Shown here: piece by piece, positions 59,201 through 64,000 of the stretch
Layout: every line of letters begins with the position of its first letter
How positions within the stretch are numbered: position 1 is the stretch's first letter
NCBI GenBank assembly: GCA_049516875.1
Contig: JBEKSS010000003.1
Location: forward strand, 128,001-192,000
Source of the DNA: Candidatus Bathyarchaeia archaeon
GTDB taxonomy: Archaea; Thermoproteota; Bathyarchaeia; Bathyarchaeales; Bathycorpusculaceae
Direction of reading: 5' to 3'
Length of the DNA stretch: 64,000 nucleotides
The notes under the pieces: model-generated
What the model was told of the DNA's origin: nothing
What the model saw: the letters and a program-made list of their open reading frames with translations, nothing else
The model's database searches: none
Program-made: the position numbers and the translations under genes

Positions 59201-60075
59201 CAGGCACCCTGACCGATTCGAGCAGCAACGGAGTACCCAGCAAAACCGTCACTCTGACCTTCACTAGACCCAATAGTTCAACAATCCTCGTAAACGTAAC
59301 GACTAGTACCTCGGGCTCCTACACGTACACGTTTGCCCCTGATGCCATTGGACAATGGAGCGTTCATTCCACATGGGCCGGAGATGCAAACTATCAACCA
59401 TCCACAAGTCCAACCCAACAGTTCACAGTCGAGCCCCGCCATGTGACTTTTGTTTCTGCTGGAACAGGTTCGGGGACAACAAGCAACCCATCGCCAGCAT
59501 ATCCTTCAGGCTTAGCAGCCAACGACCTAATCCTATTACAAGTTACCGTAAGAGACACAACCAATACTCCAACAACACCAGCTGGCTTCACTTTACTGTA
59601 TGGACCCGACTCCACAGGAACAGGAAGACAGTGGATCTACTACAAGTTTGCCACTGGAACTGAATCTGGAACAATAACCATCACCATCAGCGGTAGCAAT
59701 TGCAAGATAGCGAGAATGTATGCTTTCAGAAACGTGGCTCTCTCAAGCTTCACTGAAGGCGGAGGCTTTGGTTCTGGAACTAGTAGGACAATTTCAGCAC
59801 AGTCAGTAACTACAACTGGTACTGGACGACTTACCGTTTCATTTGTCTTTGTGAACAATGATAACTCTGTTGGAAGCTTTACGGGAGAAGCAGGCGGAGA
59901 CTGGACTGAAGCTGTGTCGGAATTCACAACGAGCGCTGGAAGTAACGGGTGTGTTCAGCTTCAAACTGCAACTATGGCAAGTGCTGGAACAATTTCTGGT
60001 GGAAGCTACGATATGGGTTCTGGCAACTCAGACCCTTGGGGCGTAAGAGCGTTTGCACTAATACCCTCGCCCTAA
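56253..60075 (+). pseudogene. Giant pilin-adhesin (pilin N-terminus, InlB-B-like repeats, Ig-like domains), frameshifted by a 55-bp duplication
   Basis: KA|VSTVVAVLLMIAIAV pilin N-terminus; repeated Y.YGDVV.LTA.P..GWSFSGWSGD units; removing one 55-bp copy joins the two ORFs into 1255 aa. Confidence 0.85.
57285..57394 (+). repeat. Perfect 55-bp tandem duplication
   Basis: 57285-57339 is identical to 57340-57394 (GTGGGCTGGAGC...ATGAACCCTG). Confidence 0.95.
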
Positions 60076-60101
60076 ACTATGAACTCTCAGAAAAGCTAAA
60101 A

Positions 60102-60129
60102 GGACGACGACCCAATCGTCCATTTTTTT
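60102..60129 (+). terminator. Hairpin plus T-tract after the adhesin gene
   Basis: GGACGA-N8-TCGTCC followed by ATTTTTTT. Confidence 0.55.
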
Positions 60130-60845
60130 GTTAACTTGAAATTCGCATGAGAATATTGTCTTCTTGACTCTTTGCCAATGATGATTTACCTATGATAACT
60201 CAAGGCTTGAACTGCTCTACCTGCAGAATAGCATAAACAGCAAAAGCATTTCAAGCCTCCAGACGCTTAACAAGTAGCACTCTCTTGCGCCAGAACTTTA
60301 TCCGTTGTTCCAAACACGCGCGCGCTCTACTAGTTTGATGCCATAGGATATCTCTCTTCCAGACAGCCATCCATTCAAGAGATGGCGATCATACTTTACT
60401 GATTCGTAGCCAGTTACTGACAATTGGTAGAGTATCCGCACGCGTCACATCTGTCACATGATCGATCGATGAACTGGGATCTCCAAGGGGGTGGAAGGGT
60501 ATGCAAAGATAGTATATATACTAGATTCGCGCGAGCTAAGATTGGGCAATGATTGCGAATGTGGCAAAGCAAGCACTGTAAACACCTACTTCACTGGCGT
60601 CCCGATTTTTTCATCATTTTTTAAGTTCAAAATTGGCTGTTCTCTCTAGCTATTTTTATGTCAAAATATGGAATCTTGAATTTTGAAGCGACCACACCCT
60701 GGAGATTGTTCTTGAAGCAAGAGTGCAATTCCTCTGGGTTTCTATTATTTGCCAACTATTCTTAAATACGCAAAGGACAGAGTTATACGCGGTGTCATAC
60801 GTCATGAATCATGCGTTCAACGGGAGAATTGTATTCTCTGCGAAC

Positions 60846-62387
60846 ATGCGGAAGCTAGGGTTCGCTTCCAGCTTACTGGCTACTGTTCTGCTGTTGCTAG
60901 TTCTGTCTGCAATGCTCCCTAGAATACAAGCTTCAGGCAATGATGATTGGCCGATGTTTCATCACGATTTGCAACACAGCGGCTACTCCACATCCACGGC
61001 TCCAAACACGAACTACAAACTGTGGAATTACACAACAGGCGGTTGGGTTTCTTCTTCGCCAGCGGCGGTCCACGGAGAAATCTACGTAGGATCCAACGAC
61101 AATGAGATCTACTGCTTGAACGCTTCGACAGGAGCATTGATATGGAATTTCACAACAGGCGGTCCAGTTAGCTCTTCACCAGCCGTTGCTGACGACAGAG
61201 TGTACGTTGGATCCACGGGCAGCCAAGTCTACTGCTTGAACGCTTCGACAGGAGCATTGATATGGAATTTCACAACAGGCGGTCCAGTTAGCTCTTCACC
61301 AGCCGTTGCTGACGACAGAGTGTACGTTGGATCCTTCGACGGAAATGTCTACTGTTTAGACGCTTCCAATGGGGCACTAACGTGGAATTATGCAACAGGC
61401 GGTTTCATTGTTTGCTCTCCTGCTGTCGCCTATGGTAACGTGTACGCGGGATCAGGGGATAAGAACGTTTATTGTTTGAACGCTTCGACAGGAGCATTCG
61501 TGTGGAACTTCACAACAGGTGCAGGAGTTTTTTCTTCACCTGCAATTTTCAACGGCAATGTGTACATAGGATCCGATGACAACAGAATCTACTGCTTGAA
61601 CGCCTCGACAGGAGCGTTGATATGGAAAGTTTCCACGGGTGGTTTGGTCGAATCCTCTCCAGCTGTCAGCTACGGCTATGTGTACTTCGGATCTTACGAC
61701 AGAAACGTTTATTGTTTGAACGCTTCGACAGGAGCATTAATATGGAACTTCACAACAGGCGCTGAGGTTTTTTCTTCGCCGGCTGTTGCTTACGGCAACG
61801 TGTATGTAGGGTCCTTCGACAGGAATATTTACTGCTTAAATGCCTCCACGGGAGCATTGGTGTGGAACTACACAACGAATGATGAGATCAATGGCTCTCC
61901 CGCCATAGCCTATGGTAACGTCTACATAGCATCTGGAGATTACAAGATTTACTGCTTCGCTTTTGTCGATATAACTCCTCCAAACATCACGGGTGTGTCT
62001 CAAGCTCCGCCCAAAAACAATGTTTCGTCACAAGATATAGTTGAGGTCAACGCCACCGTCACCGACGACGCAAGCGGAGTGAAGGAAGTCACTCTGAGCT
62101 ACGCCAGCAACAATGGAGCATGGACAAACGTCACTATGTCAAACCTCTTGGAAAACGTGTGGAGCGCCAGCATACCAGCGTTTCCGTACGGCACAAACGT
62201 AACGTACATAATCATAGCACAAGATAACGCAGGCAACGCGATAACAACTCTAGGAACAGCTTACGAACATCAATACGTGGTGATCCCTGAGTTTCCAACT
62301 CCAACAATAGCGCTACCATTATTCATGATATTCACACTGCTAGCAGTCGGATTTCGCAGAAGAAAACAACTCAGACACCAGAACTGA
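60846..62387 (+). CDS. Secreted PQQ-like beta-propeller protein with a PEF-CTERM-like anchor
   Basis: Signal peptide; WPMFHHD..HSG; eight 40-aa SSPAV..G.VYVGS.D..VYCLNASTG.LIW repeats; Ig-like domain; VIPEFP + TM + RRRK. Confidence 0.92.
   Translation: MRKLGFASSLLATVLLLLVLSAMLPRIQASGNDDWPMFHHDLQHSGYSTSTAPNTNYKLWNYTTGGWVSSSPAAVHGEIYVGSNDNEIYCLNASTGALIWNFTTGGPVSSSPAVADDRVYVGSTGSQVYCLNASTGALIWNFTTGGPVSSSPAVADDRVYVGSFDGNVYCLDASNGALTWNYATGGFIVCSPAVAYGNVYAGSGDKNVYCLNASTGAFVWNFTTGAGVFSSPAIFNGNVYIGSDDNRIYCLNASTGALIWKVSTGGLVESSPAVSYGYVYFGSYDRNVYCLNASTGALIWNFTTGAEVFSSPAVAYGNVYVGSFDRNIYCLNASTGALVWNYTTNDEINGSPAIAYGNVYIASGDYKIYCFAFVDITPPNITGVSQAPPKNNVSSQDIVEVNATVTDDASGVKEVTLSYASNNGAWTNVTMSNLLENVWSASIPAFPYGTNVTYIIIAQDNAGNAITTLGTAYEHQYVVIPEFPTPTIALPLFMIFTLLAVGFRRRKQLRHQN
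61108..61334 (+). repeat. Intragenic 120-bp-period repeat with a 107-bp exact duplication
   Basis: 61108-61214 is identical to 61228-61334; further diverged units continue to about 61950. Confidence 0.9.
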
Positions 62388-62902
62388 AGCAAACCGCTGA
62401 ACCAGGAGCAGACGACCAGTCTGCTCAGGCACAGGCAAGCCTGCTTGCCGCAATCTTGTCGGAAACCCTGACCACTAAATCGCCGTCTATCGCAGTTCTC
62501 GGCAAACCGTAGAAACTTGCCGCCAAAGTCCCAGAAAACGCATAATCAAGTCCAACAGTTCCAAAAGCCTTGGCCAATCGCCTGATCAAACGTGATGAGC
62601 TTCCACCCTAATTCACGTGTCAGCCTCGTGTTTCCACCTGTTTCCCACTTCAAGCCTCTCCTCCACATCCCGACTCCGAGACGCGCTCTCTCTCGCGCTA
62701 ATGAGCTACCTCGGCAGCTTTTCACGCTTGGCACTCGAATCCAAAATGAACAAACTTTTACGTGGATAACACTCGCGACCACCTATAATCTACGCGCGAT
62801 GTCTCACGATAGGACGTAGCTTGTTCACTCCAAAGACGATAGAAGAGTGTTCCATAAGTGTTAATTCTTCGAATTTGCCCTTCTATGTCAGTAGAGGGGA
62901 GA

Positions 62903-64000
62903 ATGTTGAGGAGAGCAGTGTCTTCAGCACTTTTGATTCTTCTAATTATCAGCATATTGTCCTTGGGCGTTGTTCCAGGCACACGCTTGAACGAGGTATC
63001 AGCTTCTCATGAATGCCGGCTCTGGGGGATCACCTCGACTTCACTTTCCTCGTATGTGGTTCTGAACCAACTGATCTACCTGCCTAATTCGCTAAAGGCT
63101 CTTGGAGCTAGCAATCCGAACGGATGGGGCCTCGGCTTCTACAACAACACCGAACCAACCGTCCTGAGGGGTCAGTCTGCTGCCAACACGGACCCGAACT
63201 TCGATTTGGCCGCGAGTGAGGTCGCGGGAAGTGGGGCGATAATAGCCGTTGGCCACGTCAGAAGAGCCTCTTCTGGACTTGTGAACATACCCGATCCGCA
63301 CCCGTTTGAACGCTATAAGGACGGCAAGTGGTGGTTGTTCTGCCACAACGGCGGGATCGACAAGACCATCCTCATTAATCTTATCGGAACAGAATATTTG
63401 GCGCAGAATCCACCTTCCGTTGGCAGCAACCAAGGCGAATGGATAGACTCAGAACTCTACTTCATCTACATACTGAAGTGCTGTGAGCAGAGCAACTGGA
63501 ACGTCCAAGAAGGAATAACGAAGGCGATAGTGGGCATCTGCAACGCAGTTTCAGGAACAGGTGAAACGTTGAACTTCCTCCTAACGGATGGACAAACGCT
63601 ATGGGGCTTCAGCAAGGGAAACACCCTCTATTACTACCGTGACCCGCAATACCTGGCAATCGCCTCTCAATACCCTACGGCCTCTCATGGAGCATGGATG
63701 ACCGTAAGCGACTTCTACTTAGTTACGCTCTTCAGAGGCAACGCGCCCTCTGTACAGCGCCTGTGTTACAGTGTAACGGCACTCGTGAAGGACTCTTCGA
63801 CCGGAAGGTCTGTTTCCCAAGCCAATGTGACTCTTGATGGTGCCTATATCGGAATGACGGATAGCTCTGGCAAGCTTTTCCTGCAAGCCGTAGCGCCAGG
63901 ATCGCACACTCTAACCGTCACTAAGACGGGATATTACAACGCCGCAGCCTCAATAAACGTCACATCTGACGTGACAGCAACGGTGCGCTTGAAGAGGAAG
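62903..64000 (+). CDS. Secreted class II glutamine amidotransferase-like (YafJ/EgtC-type Ntn hydrolase) with a C-terminal PEGA-like domain, partial
   Basis: Read manually: MLRRAVSSALLILLIISILSLG...VSASHE-CRLWG...NPNGWGLGFY...GHVRRAS...PHPF...FCHNGGI...DSELYF...LNFLLTDG...IASQ; open to the window end. Confidence 0.85.
   Translation, partial: MLRRAVSSALLILLIISILSLGVVPGTRLNEVSASHECRLWGITSTSLSSYVVLNQLIYLPNSLKALGASNPNGWGLGFYNNTEPTVLRGQSAANTDPNFDLAASEVAGSGAIIAVGHVRRASSGLVNIPDPHPFERYKDGKWWLFCHNGGIDKTILINLIGTEYLAQNPPSVGSNQGEWIDSELYFIYILKCCEQSNWNVQEGITKAIVGICNAVSGTGETLNFLLTDGQTLWGFSKGNTLYYYRDPQYLAIASQYPTASHGAWMTVSDFYLVTLFRGNAPSVQRLCYSVTALVKDSSTGRSVSQANVTLDGAYIGMTDSSGKLFLQAVAPGSHTLTVTKTGYYNAAASINVTSDVTATVRLKRK

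Noticed and set aside
61000-61950. Diversity-generating retroelement TR/VR pair
   Set aside because: Repeats are in-frame propeller blades, differences are not adenine-specific, and there is no reverse transcriptase in the window.

Overview
Archaeal chromosomal window; gene content and protein style (CARDB/dockerin and PEF-type sorted surface proteins, Fae-Hps, aconitase-X mevalonate enzymes, many TTG starts) suggest Bathyarchaeia (inference). It contains housekeeping genes (ppa, tmk, tRNA-Glu, the S6e-eIF2g-PIN-rpoE1-spt4-DPCK-S24e-S27ae cluster, L3-L4-L23-L2-S19, pyrE, ahcY, pyk, comB), a kinase/phosphatase cluster at 28.6-34 kb, a fragment-rich accessory segment at 32.5-42.3 kb, a type IV pilus locus with a giant frameshifted pilin-adhesin (50-60 kb) and two secreted proteins at the right end. 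The main observations are: (1) alternating (CG)n runs of 8-9 nt that sit on the breakpoints of gene fragments; (2) a Fae-Hps enzyme fused to an N-terminal helix-turn-helix, with a palindromic operator-like site next to its own TATA box; (3) a HEPN-MNT pair in which each gene has an identically placed ATACWGTAT double palindrome; (4) a ~9.8-kb segment bracketed by a duplicated gene 5' end; (5) a 55-bp tandem duplication that switches off the adhesin, whose promoter is a copy of the major-pilin promoter; (6) a signal-peptide-bearing class II glutamine amidotransferase-like Ntn hydrolase. All counts and alignments were made by eye and no database searches were run.
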